From a virus, in IMG/VR virus record IMGVR_UViG_3300009777_000113, positions 519-64,518 of that record: 64,000 nucleotides of DNA; one strand, 5' to 3'. The translations under genes were made by a program, and so were the position numbers. Positions 17,625-26,094 of the stretch are shown in pieces. The notes beneath the pieces are model-generated. The model was not told the DNA's origin, did not search any database, and worked only from the letters and a program-made list of their open reading frames with translations. Position 1 is the stretch's first letter; the number at the start of each line of letters is the position of its first letter.

Positions 17625-17936
17625 ATGTCAATCCGCAAGCACTTACCGCCTCGTACAAAGGAAGGGTACACGAGCCTGCAGGTCAAAATGGAAACTGCAG
17701 TGGTCGATGAGGTGAAATCATTTATGAAAATCGATGGGATTTCCTGGAACGACCTGCTCACGGCCTGTTTTAGGAAATACCTTGAAGAGTCACGAGTTGT
17801 TCACGGGGACAAAGAAAAAGAAGAAACCGCACGGAACAAGATCAACTCAACACTTCTGGGCATCATCACTATTATCAGTCTTTGTGAAAGTCCAATACTT
17901 CAGGTTGTCTGCGATTTTAGTGACTACCTTTCTTAA
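17625..17936 (+). CDS. RHH (CopG/Arc-like) DNA-binding protein with hydrophobic C-terminus
   Basis: TSLQVKMETAVVDEVKSFMKIDGISWNDLLTACFRKYLEE; SD AAAGGAAA. Confidence 0.65.
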   Translation: MSIRKHLPPRTKEGYTSLQVKMETAVVDEVKSFMKIDGISWNDLLTACFRKYLEESRVVHGDKEKEETARNKINSTLLGIITIISLCESPILQVVCDFSDYLS

Positions 17937-18070
17937 GAAAATTGGACCTTACGAGGTTGGAAAAGCTTTGCACTTTTGTCAGGTCATGATGGGCCGAGAA
18001 CTGTCCGCCACATTATGCCCAGATTCTAATTAATTTCAATTTAAGTTTTGTTTACCGCTAGTTAAGATTT

Positions 18071-18751
18071 CTACAAACCGTTTTCAGTAAACTCGAAATG
18101 CATCGGATCTTTTCTCTTAAAATTTCCGCCCCAATAAAAACCTTCTGATTCAAAAATTTCAACGATCTCCGAATCCATGTCACCTTCTGCTCCAAGCGGA
18201 TTTGTCTTCGCATTGTGATCAACTGCAATTCCCCACGAGTGCATGGAAAGTTTCTTCGCTCCTCTCGTATAACGGAGATTGTAACAGCCATCAAACGAAT
18301 GGAGCTTGGCTGAAAGGTCCGCGTGAACAATTGCGCGATAGACACTCTGGAAAAAAGGAATCAAAAGTTTGTTGCACCAGAAGCCATTCTTTTCGTCCTT
18401 CTGGTAGGTAAAGACGTAGTTAAGTTCCGGTGGGGTTTCGCAAAAGCCGCCGTAAGCTTTCCAGTATCCACTATCCAGGGGATCGCCGAATACTTTGTAA
18501 AGTTCGTCTCTTGATCGAGGAACCACCAGTTCAGGAATGTGTGGACTGTTGTCTGGAAAAAGTTTTTCCCAGGTGATTGGGCCAACCACCCCATCGGCGT
18601 TGAGATGATTTGTGAGTTGAAATGCAACGACGGCCTCTTTGGTTTTGTTTCCGAAGATGCCGTCCACTTTGCCAATTGGAAATCCGAGAGTCTTCAGCGC
18701 CTGCTGAATATTTTTGACATCCTCTCCTCGTGTTCCAATTTTATAGATCAT
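18071..18751 (-). CDS. Endolysin: PG_binding_1 plus peptidase M15 domain
   Basis: GTRGEDVKNIQQALKTLGF..GKVDGIFG.KT..AV..FQ; SFDGCYN.R, LSMHSWGIAVD, DPMHFE. Confidence 0.92.
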   Translation of the reverse strand: MIYKIGTRGEDVKNIQQALKTLGFPIGKVDGIFGNKTKEAVVAFQLTNHLNADGVVGPITWEKLFPDNSPHIPELVVPRSRDELYKVFGDPLDSGYWKAYGGFCETPPELNYVFTYQKDEKNGFWCNKLLIPFFQSVYRAIVHADLSAKLHSFDGCYNLRYTRGAKKLSMHSWGIAVDHNAKTNPLGAEGDMDSEIVEIFESEGFYWGGNFKRKDPMHFEFTENGL

Positions 18752-18994
18752 CTACTTTTCAAATTCGGCAACCAATGCGGCCACAGCATTGAGCTTGGTT
18801 TTGATGTCGTTAAGAAGGGTCAGTGCGGTTGGCAAGTCAGTGGCATCAGGTTCCGTCACCTCAAGCCCCGCTTTGATAGCATCAAGCTCTGTTCGGGCGG
18901 CCTCGAACAATTCCTTATCGGACGCTTGATTGCTGTTTGAATGGCCTTCGGTTAAGCCCACACCATCGCGTGAGCCAATTTTAGGTTTTCCCAT
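18752..18994 (-). CDS. Hypothetical protein
   Basis: SD AAGGAG; abuts the endolysin. Confidence 0.6.
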   Translation of the reverse strand: MGKPKIGSRDGVGLTEGHSNSNQASDKELFEAARTELDAIKAGLEVTEPDATDLPTALTLLNDIKTKLNAVAALVAEFEK

Positions 18995-19006
18995 AGAGAA
19001 ATCTCC

Positions 19007-19303
19007 TTATTCGTTGAGGGACTCTTCGGCGTAATAGTGAAGCTCCTTGCCGCTGACCGCGAGTGCCGCCTTTACGGTAAAGCCCTCACTATCAAGTTCG
19101 ACATACGGGTTCACGGTGCCGTCACCATTTGCAGCTCTCACGAGTGCATCATTGGCTGGCATAGTGTCCAATTTGGTTGCTGAAATTCGGTCGGTGACGT
19201 TGTGGATTTCAACCTTGCGAGGCTTGAAACCCAGGACAATTTTTTTATCGGCACCGCTGCCAATAATTTTTCCCGACTTTGAAAAGGGTGCTTTGCTCGA
19301 CAT
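19007..19303 (-). CDS. Hypothetical beta-rich protein, possible virion component
   Basis: SD AAGGAG; G.I.GSG..K.I.LGFKP..V.I.N pattern. Confidence 0.6.
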   Translation of the reverse strand: MSSKAPFSKSGKIIGSGADKKIVLGFKPRKVEIHNVTDRISATKLDTMPANDALVRAANGDGTVNPYVELDSEGFTVKAALAVSGKELHYYAEESLNE

Positions 19304-19322
19304 GGTCTTTCTCCTTGTGATC

Positions 19323-19754
19323 TTAAGACGGAGGGTGTGCTCCGTTTGATTTCTGTGCCATTAAAAATTCAATGATTTGTCTCTCGGTGTTTTCAAGTGC
19401 GCCCTGGAGTTTGATCGTCTCTTGGGAGAGATCATTCAATTCCTTCATGATCCCGACGTAGATAGCCTTCATGGATCGCTGCTTTTCAATGTAGCTTTGT
19501 CTTGAAGACTCACGCATTTTAAGAAGCTGTAGGAGAACGGGATCGGTGATCTTGTTCTCGGAAAAACTTTTGATGAGATGGCTCAGGAGATTCTTTTCGT
19601 CATTGGTGAGATGGGATTTGTGGGACCGCTCTTCTGACAGGTTCTTAGCCTCTTTTTCAACCTCATCGACCTCTGCTTCAGTTGGAACGTCGTCCATCTT
19701 AGCTGATTTCACTTCGTCCATCGTGCGGTCGTATTTTTCCTTTGAGGTTTCCAA
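19323..19754 (-). CDS. Coiled-coil hypothetical protein
   Basis: TTG start with SD AAGGAG directly downstream of the palindromic site. Confidence 0.65.
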   Translation of the reverse strand: METSKEKYDRTMDEVKSAKMDDVPTEAEVDEVEKEAKNLSEERSHKSHLTNDEKNLLSHLIKSFSENKITDPVLLQLLKMRESSRQSYIEKQRSMKAIYVGIMKELNDLSQETIKLQGALENTERQIIEFLMAQKSNGAHPPS

Positions 19755-19771
19755 TGTGATCTCCTTATTTA

Positions 19772-19788
19772 GTGATACATTGTATCAC
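19772..19788 (-). promoter_or_regulatory. Palindromic operator/extended -10 site, copy 3
   Basis: GTGATACATTGTATCAC followed on the minus strand by TAAATAAGGAG. Confidence 0.85.
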
Positions 19789-19798
19789 ATTACAAAAG

Positions 19799-19984
19799 TC
19801 AGTCAAAGCTCTTTTCGATCTGGGAAAGGGAGAGGTAGTGAGTGCCGTGCTGAGTGCTCACATAGACAAATTCACCATCAATTTTTTTGATCACTCCTGG
19901 TTCCTGATTTAAATTCACAACTTCTTTGTTCTTGTTGAGAATCGGAGCCGTGACCTTCACTTGATCGTTAACGCTTAGTTCCAT
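19799..19984 (-). CDS. Small SH3/KOW-like protein
   Basis: V.D.VKV...G.IKKIDGEFVYV beta-barrel pattern. Confidence 0.5.
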   Translation of the reverse strand: MELSVNDQVKVTAPILNKNKEVVNLNQEPGVIKKIDGEFVYVSTQHGTHYLSLSQIEKSFD

Positions 19985-20395
19985 CTAAAAATCCATATCC
20001 AGCACAACAACTGTTGCGCTTCCTGCAAGTCCCCCAACGAGTGCGCCGATGACATAAGACTTTGATTGCTCTCCAGCGACTGCTCCCAATGCAGAGCCAA
20101 TAAGAATTCCTGCAGGCACCTTCACCCACCACTCTTGCCATAGGGCCTTGTTCTGAACCTTTGAATCCAGGAGTGTGGTGTTGAGTTCCTTTTGATTCTT
20201 GAGATCGATGCGATCAGCCTCGCACTGCTCAACGCCCTTTCTTAAATCCGACATTTTCTTAGCATTAAAACACCAGGCTTCGACTTGGGATTGTTCACCG
20301 GGCTTTAACTGAAAATATGATTTAGGAATCTCCGCCGCTTTTGTTGATAAACTCGTCAACAACATCAGCATCGGAAGTATTCTTATTTTTTTCAT
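19985..20395 (-). CDS. Exported membrane protein (lysis accessory/spanin-like candidate)
   Basis: N-terminal signal peptide, periplasmic helix with 2 Cys, C-terminal Gly-rich hydrophobic segments. Confidence 0.55.
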   Translation of the reverse strand: MKKIRILPMLMLLTSLSTKAAEIPKSYFQLKPGEQSQVEAWCFNAKKMSDLRKGVEQCEADRIDLKNQKELNTTLLDSKVQNKALWQEWWVKVPAGILIGSALGAVAGEQSKSYVIGALVGGLAGSATVVVLDMDF

Positions 20396-20567
20396 ATAGC
20401 TCCTTTTTCTCAGCCTCAGTTTTCAATTCTGTTTTGAGAGCCCGGTTTTCATTTTCCTTCTTATGAATGACACCCTTCAAATGGTGATAAACGGCAAGAG
20501 CAATGGTTGGAACATTGTCCTTAAAAAATCTGTAAACGATGTCGACGACCGATTTAAGCCAAGGCAT
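20322..20567 (-). CDS. Lysis-cassette protein (spanin-like candidate)
   Basis: Amphipathic N-terminus plus coiled coil; overlaps the downstream gene. Confidence 0.5.
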   Translation of the reverse strand: MPWLKSVVDIVYRFFKDNVPTIALAVYHHLKGVIHKKENENRALKTELKTEAEKKELYEKNKNTSDADVVDEFINKSGGDS

Positions 20568-20825
20568 TTATTTCGGGGGAGCTTCTTCAGGTGCTTTTGA
20601 AGAGGCTGGGTCTTTGTGTTGGGCATTACCTTGAAGCCAATCTATCGCTTTTGCGACAAACTCCGAAGCGGAGCCGAGCTTTTGAGCAAGTTCGTCGTCC
20701 CATGTGGCTTTCGTTTTTGTTGAGATCCAACGGAAGAGCTGGGCAAGCCCACCAAGTGCGACGTTGACGGCAATGAAGAGGGCAATCAAATCCCATTTTT
20801 CAAGTATCTGCTTGATAATTTCCAT
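20568..20825 (-). CDS. Putative holin
   Basis: 85 aa with TM segment LIALFIAVNVALGGLAQLF, a TKATWDD motif and a charged C-terminus. Confidence 0.6.
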   Translation of the reverse strand: MEIIKQILEKWDLIALFIAVNVALGGLAQLFRWISTKTKATWDDELAQKLGSASEFVAKAIDWLQGNAQHKDPASSKAPEEAPPK

Positions 20826-20842
20826 CTTGATCTCCTTTTATC

Positions 20843-20859
20843 GTGTTACATTGTATCAC
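20843..20859 (-). promoter_or_regulatory. Palindromic operator/extended -10 site, copy 4
   Basis: GTGTTACATTGTATCAC; the minus strand continues GATAAAAGGAGATCAAG-ATG. Confidence 0.85.
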
Positions 20860-20935
20860 GTTTCGGCATACAAAATAAAACCTTTAATTTTGGGGTAGGC
20901 TCCATTCAGTTGATTTGTGCGTCAGGCCATTGGTC

Positions 20936-21502
20936 TTAAGTGTTTTCATCGCCAGCTCCACCCTTTGAACCCTGTTTCTTCTCAGAAATGATGACCAGAT
21001 TCTCGCTTATGCGCCTTATCTCGGACTTCATACTGAGAATCTCTTCTCGATGTTGGTGCATGGCCTTTGCCCCCAAGCTAAGGCTATTGTGATGGGCCTC
21101 AACAGTTTTCTGCACTTCAGAGACGTGAGTGCAGAGGTTCTTCACCTGATTCGCAGTTTCATCGAACTGGTTTTTCAATTGGATGGCCTTACTGTTTACC
21201 TGCTCAAAGGCACCTTCGATTTGGATAGCCTTCTTGTGGATTTGAAAAAGTTCTTGATTCACTTTTCCTTCAAATCCAACCATTGCTTTCTTTATTTCGA
21301 GAGAGTCCTTCTTAATTTCCGAAGCTGTGGTTTCCATTTTATCGGCTGACGTCTTAACTTCCTTTGCGTGTTCATCGAGCTTTTCATTCACTGAGTCCTT
21401 GAACTGATCGTGACGATTTACAAATCGAACCAAAAACCACAGTGCCAGGGCTGTGGCGGCAGGTGCAATCCAGTAAGAAAAACTGACGAAGAACTCTTTC
21501 AT
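20936..21502 (-). CDS. Membrane-anchored coiled-coil protein
   Basis: N-terminal TM segment (WIAPAATALALWFLV) plus a long heptad region. Confidence 0.7.
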   Translation of the reverse strand: MKEFFVSFSYWIAPAATALALWFLVRFVNRHDQFKDSVNEKLDEHAKEVKTSADKMETTASEIKKDSLEIKKAMVGFEGKVNQELFQIHKKAIQIEGAFEQVNSKAIQLKNQFDETANQVKNLCTHVSEVQKTVEAHHNSLSLGAKAMHQHREEILSMKSEIRRISENLVIISEKKQGSKGGAGDENT

Positions 21503-21726
21503 GTGTCCGCTTTGAACTGTTCCAGTAAATCTTCTGCGGGCGCTAGGTCTCCAGGTTCATTTTCAAAGCGAAACTCGCAGTATGGAATATCTTCTGCAGC
21601 ATAAGCCGGTGGAATATAGTCAAAGGCTTCCAGAAAATTCTCTCCGTAGGCCGCCTTCAGTTGTGTATGAAGCTCCGACATAGTTTCGAATTTCAAATTG
21701 ATGTTATCAAATCGCTTTGCCCACAT
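21499..21726 (-). CDS. Small acidic protein, putative fibre assembly chaperone
   Basis: Follows a fibre-tip gene; SD AGGAGG. Confidence 0.5.
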   Translation of the reverse strand: MWAKRFDNINLKFETMSELHTQLKAAYGENFLEAFDYIPPAYAAEDIPYCEFRFENEPGDLAPAEDLLEQFKADT

Positions 21727-21736
21727 AGTTCCTCCT

Positions 21737-22279
21737 TTAAAAGATCGAAAACGCCATGATTCTTACTTTCTCAATTCTCAGAGTTAGGCCGCTTGTACCA
21801 CCGTTGATGCGAAAGCCATATTGCCTACGACCAGTTAGATCGCCGTCTTCGTAGTCGATGGTCCAAAGAGAGCTTGGCGGGAGCATGTTGCGACCAAAGG
21901 GGCCTGTTTGCGTTCCTGGTTGCCAGGTCGCACTTGTGAGATCGTTTGTTGGTGTACTGCCGTTTGTGCCTTTAGTCAGACGAAGTTCATAAAATCCCTG
22001 GCCCGTAGAGTTGGCGTCTCCCCCAATACCTCTCAATTGCGTGTCTGCCTTATCCACAACTAAGCCCACAAAGACAGGCCGCCCATTGTCTCCGGCGAAA
22101 TCAATAAATTGAACGGGAGAGAGCAACGCTCCGGTTGTCGTTTGTGTTCCAAGCCCCTGACTGAGTAAAATACTGGTGCCCCCTCCGACGGAAATACTTG
22201 AGGTGCCGATGACGGTAGTTCGCTTTTTCAGGAAAGTTGAATTTATCTCTTTAAGAAGAGCAGAATCGAAAATTCCCAT
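21737..22279 (-). CDS. Accessory tail fibre/receptor-binding protein
   Basis: Gly/Thr/Ser-rich beta protein within the fibre cluster. Confidence 0.55.
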   Translation of the reverse strand: MGIFDSALLKEINSTFLKKRTTVIGTSSISVGGGTSILLSQGLGTQTTTGALLSPVQFIDFAGDNGRPVFVGLVVDKADTQLRGIGGDANSTGQGFYELRLTKGTNGSTPTNDLTSATWQPGTQTGPFGRNMLPPSSLWTIDYEDGDLTGRRQYGFRINGGTSGLTLRIEKVRIMAFSIF

Positions 22280-23211
22280 TAAGCCTCCGTCACTATCCGA
22301 ATGTTGTTGTCTGTGCCGTTGTCCTCAATGACTTGAGAAGGAGCCATCCAACAATCTGCAAGTTGAATTTGGTTTGCGTTGAAAGTGAGTTTTCTGTTGA
22401 AGCGTAGTCCTCGAACGATAGATCGCTCTGAACCTGCTTGAAAGTTTAGGATACCTTCGATTTGTGAAGCATAGCCGGATCCTTCGATGCGGAGCCTTTT
22501 GGAAATGTTTACGCCAGTAGTGGTGCCAACAATTCTAAAAGCGGCCCATTCATCAAAGGTAGTTGCGAAAAATCCTGCGCCCTCAACATCGTCGAATAAA
22601 AAACCTTGTGTTTGAATTGGGCGGGCTGTGAAGAATGTCATTTGAGCGCCGCCAGTATCGAACACATTCTGCTTAGTAGAAAAAGCATAGGTTGTGGATG
22701 GTGTGAGAACAAAAGGTGAAGGAAGATTGAAGTTCGTAAATGTGTTGTAGTTCAAGGGATTGGGAAGTGCGCTAAAAAGGACGGCATTGGCTGAAGCAAT
22801 AAAGCCTCCAATACCACCAATAGGAAGTCCTCCAGATGTATTCCAGAGATCGACGACGATACCGGGAGTTCCTGTTATTGTTCCACTATTGCGACCGACG
22901 TTCAGCTGGAGATGAGTCATCGTTATTGGAAATGTTGGAGTCGTAAAAATATCCCCTCGACGTTCTCCTTGGTTATTGAACAACACCTGAGATCCCGTCT
23001 GTGGGCGTAGCTTCTGAACAATATTGAAAGAAACGACTTGGGCAGGTGTGAAGGTGTTCGCCAATATCAACATGGATTGACCATTGAACAAAGAGTCGTG
23101 CGCCACTTGGAGATCCGAGTGTGTTGCAAGCCCGGCAGATACTTGAGCGGGGGATCCCACTACGGCATCAAACTTTAAACTTTTAAAATCACTCTTTGGC
23201 AGTTTAGGCAA
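22279..23211 (-). CDS. Accessory RBP: split adaptor domain with inserted beta-sandwich
   Basis: N- and C-termini resemble the C-terminal domain of the 1942-aa fibre and ORF 25065-26084. Confidence 0.65.
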   Translation of the reverse strand: MPKLPKSDFKSLKFDAVVGSPAQVSAGLATHSDLQVAHDSLFNGQSMLILANTFTPAQVVSFNIVQKLRPQTGSQVLFNNQGERRGDIFTTPTFPITMTHLQLNVGRNSGTITGTPGIVVDLWNTSGGLPIGGIGGFIASANAVLFSALPNPLNYNTFTNFNLPSPFVLTPSTTYAFSTKQNVFDTGGAQMTFFTARPIQTQGFLFDDVEGAGFFATTFDEWAAFRIVGTTTGVNISKRLRIEGSGYASQIEGILNFQAGSERSIVRGLRFNRKLTFNANQIQLADCWMAPSQVIEDNGTDNNIRIVTEA

Positions 23212-23226
23212 TTGATCCTCCCATTC

Positions 23227-24099
23227 TTATCTCACCCGACCCAATAAAATAGGATCAAACACAGCGTTCAAATTGAGCGACCAGTTCATCTGCCCAGATG
23301 AGAGTGTAATGGTTGATGATGATTGAATGGCTGTGACAGTTACGGAGTCACACCAAACCTCTCCATATCCGGCATTCGCTTGGGCTCCGGCATTACCTGT
23401 CGCAAAGGTTACTGTACCTGTGGTCGCAAAACTTCCGTCATAAAATCTGGCCGTTCCAGAAGCTAGGACAGCACTTCCACCAGAGGGGTTATGCGTGAGT
23501 GTCCAGCCGTATCTTCCACCGTTGAATGGCAAGTTGCGACCTGAACCGCCACTCATTCCATAGACCGGATTAATCGTTGAGCTAAAGGACGTCACAGGTC
23601 CCGATGATCCGTCATAGCGGATCCCCGTCATGTTGCCGTTAGACGGATTCCAGAAATTAAGAATCGGTCCAACTTTTGAGAATCTTGCGATGTCATTCTG
23701 GCCACTTACAATATCCTGGCCATTTTTAAACAAACCCAGGTATCTCCACTTCGTAAAACCCGTAGGGCCTGGCTGTGAAATGGGGTGACGAGTAGTGGCC
23801 TTCAAGATGTAAGCTGTTCCTACACCGGGCACAGCATAGAGCGCATACCATTGGTTCGGAGCTTCTGCGCCAGTATCAAGCCCATTGTCACCAGTCCCGT
23901 TTGCAAAATCAAAAACGAGATTGCCTGATTGATAGAGAGCCCCATCATCTAAAATACCGCCAGTGCCAATTCCTATTTTTGATCCTGGCATCAACACTTG
24001 CGATACAGATTGGAACTGAAAGTCAGCAATTTGCTCACCCGTTAAGACAGCGAGTCTTGAGGCAATACTTGGATCGACTAAGTTGGTTTTAATTGCCAT
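23227..24099 (-). CDS. Accessory tail fibre/RBP
   Basis: GLDTGAEAPNQWYALYAV...PTGFTKWRYLG motif typical of phage fibre-shaft domains. Confidence 0.65.
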   Translation of the reverse strand: MAIKTNLVDPSIASRLAVLTGEQIADFQFQSVSQVLMPGSKIGIGTGGILDDGALYQSGNLVFDFANGTGDNGLDTGAEAPNQWYALYAVPGVGTAYILKATTRHPISQPGPTGFTKWRYLGLFKNGQDIVSGQNDIARFSKVGPILNFWNPSNGNMTGIRYDGSSGPVTSFSSTINPVYGMSGGSGRNLPFNGGRYGWTLTHNPSGGSAVLASGTARFYDGSFATTGTVTFATGNAGAQANAGYGEVWCDSVTVTAIQSSSTITLSSGQMNWSLNLNAVFDPILLGRVR

Positions 24100-24111
24100 A
24101 CATCTCTTTCC

Positions 24112-24582
24112 TTAAGGGTTTCCAAAATCAATAACCAATTGATCGATGTCCGCTTCCGACAAAGGTGCTCCAATAACGATCTTTCTTTGCTCTGCGGTTA
24201 GCTGATCCCAAGCGGAGTTGGCAGCGGCCACCCTTGCATTTTCAATTGAAATTGGTCTTGCAGCTGCGAGATTGATTTTTTCTTGTTGATCCTCCTCATC
24301 GAGCGAACTCCAAATTGACTCAAACAATGAATCCTCTTCGGTTAAGAGTTCTTGCCTAAAGCAGAATCTAATTTCACCTTCGTTGTCCGACTTGATCCAA
24401 CACCAATAGAGTGGAAGTGTCTCCACACCTGATCCATGATCAAAGGTGACGGGTCGATTGAAGCTGGCCGCAAGCTCTTTATCCAGATCGCCGAGGGATA
24501 GAGGAAAGGGAATTGCTTTCTGCTTTATAAATGGCGTGTCCATCTTAGAACTCCTCCCAAACAATGAAGGTGCAAGCCTCAA
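24112..24582 (-). CDS. Putative fibre assembly chaperone (start probably ATG ~24543)
   Basis: Acidic helical protein directly after a fibre-tip gene. Confidence 0.5.
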   Translation of the reverse strand: MRLAPSLFGRSSKMDTPFIKQKAIPFPLSLGDLDKELAASFNRPVTFDHGSGVETLPLYWCWIKSDNEGEIRFCFRQELLTEEDSLFESIWSSLDEEDQQEKINLAAARPISIENARVAAANSAWDQLTAEQRKIVIGAPLSEADIDQLVIDFGNP

Positions 24583-25063
24583 GACTTATCCCGCCTCCGG
24601 CTCCAGGCCCTCTAAACATGAGAGTAAAAGTATGCGAACCAGCTGGTACGGACTTCTTAATGAATAAACCGGGAGTACCAATACGCATCTGAATAGTTCC
24701 AGATCCGACTTGCGTTAGGTTGTATTCGGAAAGAGAGGGAACGTCTGTTTCATATCTAAGACCCAATCCCCAGGTCATTGCCGAGACTGAAGACATATTC
24801 GCCTGCACGTAGGCAAAACTGTTCGGAGATCCCAAGAATCCTGCATTTATAATCCCACCACGAGTGACCAAATCGATTGCTGAGTTTGGAACATCAATAA
24901 AGGAAGTTGCGTTTGTAGATTGACCGCCGACAAAACGACTTCCAACCTGTCCCACTTGCAATCCCGATTGACCAGCGGCGGGTCGAGATTTTTGTCGGAT
25001 AATTCCGTTTACGATTTCTAGAGTAAGATTGTCTGGGAGTGTCCCAACTGTAGTGAACAGCAT
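24545..25063 (-). CDS. Short fibre/jelly-roll tip protein
   Basis: STNATSFIDVP...VPAGSHTFTL fibre-tip pattern. Confidence 0.6.
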   Translation of the reverse strand: MLFTTVGTLPDNLTLEIVNGIIRQKSRPAAGQSGLQVGQVGSRFVGGQSTNATSFIDVPNSAIDLVTRGGIINAGFLGSPNSFAYVQANMSSVSAMTWGLGLRYETDVPSLSEYNLTQVGSGTIQMRIGTPGLFIKKSVPAGSHTFTLMFRGPGAGGGISLEACTFIVWEEF

Positions 25064-25064
25064 A

Positions 25065-26084
25065 TTAGGTTATCTCCGCTATAATGGCGGCGGTATCGAC
25101 GCCCTTATCAATAGGGGTTAGTCCTGTAGCATGCCAGCCAGTTAAGAAACTTTGGTTGCCAAGGATGTAGAGCTGGCCGCCATAGCGCATATTTTCAAAT
25201 CTTGATCGATTAGCTGAGAGAGTGATTGCAGTATTCATATTGGTATCAAAGCCAAGGCCGACCCAATTAAACCTTTTAGAAAAAAGATAACCTCCGGGAG
25301 AGGTCGTATTGATATTGTAATTAGTGAACTCAAAATTTCCACCGGCGGTCCACGAGAAGCCATCGGTGATACTGGTTACATATCCCATGCCTGGAATCAG
25401 TGTGGCTGGAGTTCTTCTTCCGACGACGAGGTTGCCGCCCCCAAAGTTAAGAATGAAGTCAAAAGCAAAAGCATAAGTTTTATTTGGATATAGGATTGTC
25501 GCAGGGAACGGGAATGTGTGTCTTACTCCAGTTACAGTGGGCATTGCTGGAGGTAAAAATGATGTCGACGTGGCAATTTTAGTAGTGGGAATGGTGCCGT
25601 TTGTTTCCCAAAGGGTCAGCATAATCTGAGCCGTCGCACTTACAATGCCGTTGTTTCTCACTTCGATGGCAATAGAATTCAGAATGCGAATTTGAGTTGG
25701 ATGAGAGAGAAAAAGTGTTCCGAATAGATTGTTGTTCTGATCCATCGATAAGTCAGAATTGGATGCTTCGGTTTTATCAAGATGAACAACCGAAGAAGAT
25801 CCAGGACCTGTGAATGTATTTCGTAGAACCAGAATGGAGGAACCTTCCAATAGAGTATCGTGTGCGACTTGAGGATTGCTAAAGTCGGCGGCACCAGAAG
25901 CTACATCAGCAGCGGACCCCAGGATGCCGTCAAACTTAATGGACTTACCAGCGGCAGCCACAAACTGGAGTAGCTCATCGCTCAGGTGCCGTTCCTGAAT
26001 GCTCTTATCAGGAATGACATTGTCGACCGAGACAGTCTTCTGTCTTACAGAACGGCCCTTGCCCAAATCAAAAATCTCTCTCAT
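25065..26084 (-). CDS. Accessory RBP: split adaptor domain with inserted beta-sandwich
   Basis: FDGILGSAADVASGAADFSNPQVAHD, paralogous to 22279-23211 and to the giant fibre C-terminus. Confidence 0.65.
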   Translation of the reverse strand: MREIFDLGKGRSVRQKTVSVDNVIPDKSIQERHLSDELLQFVAAAGKSIKFDGILGSAADVASGAADFSNPQVAHDTLLEGSSILVLRNTFTGPGSSSVVHLDKTEASNSDLSMDQNNNLFGTLFLSHPTQIRILNSIAIEVRNNGIVSATAQIMLTLWETNGTIPTTKIATSTSFLPPAMPTVTGVRHTFPFPATILYPNKTYAFAFDFILNFGGGNLVVGRRTPATLIPGMGYVTSITDGFSWTAGGNFEFTNYNINTTSPGGYLFSKRFNWVGLGFDTNMNTAITLSANRSRFENMRYGGQLYILGNQSFLTGWHATGLTPIDKGVDTAAIIAEIT

Positions 26085-26094
26085 CCATTACCCC

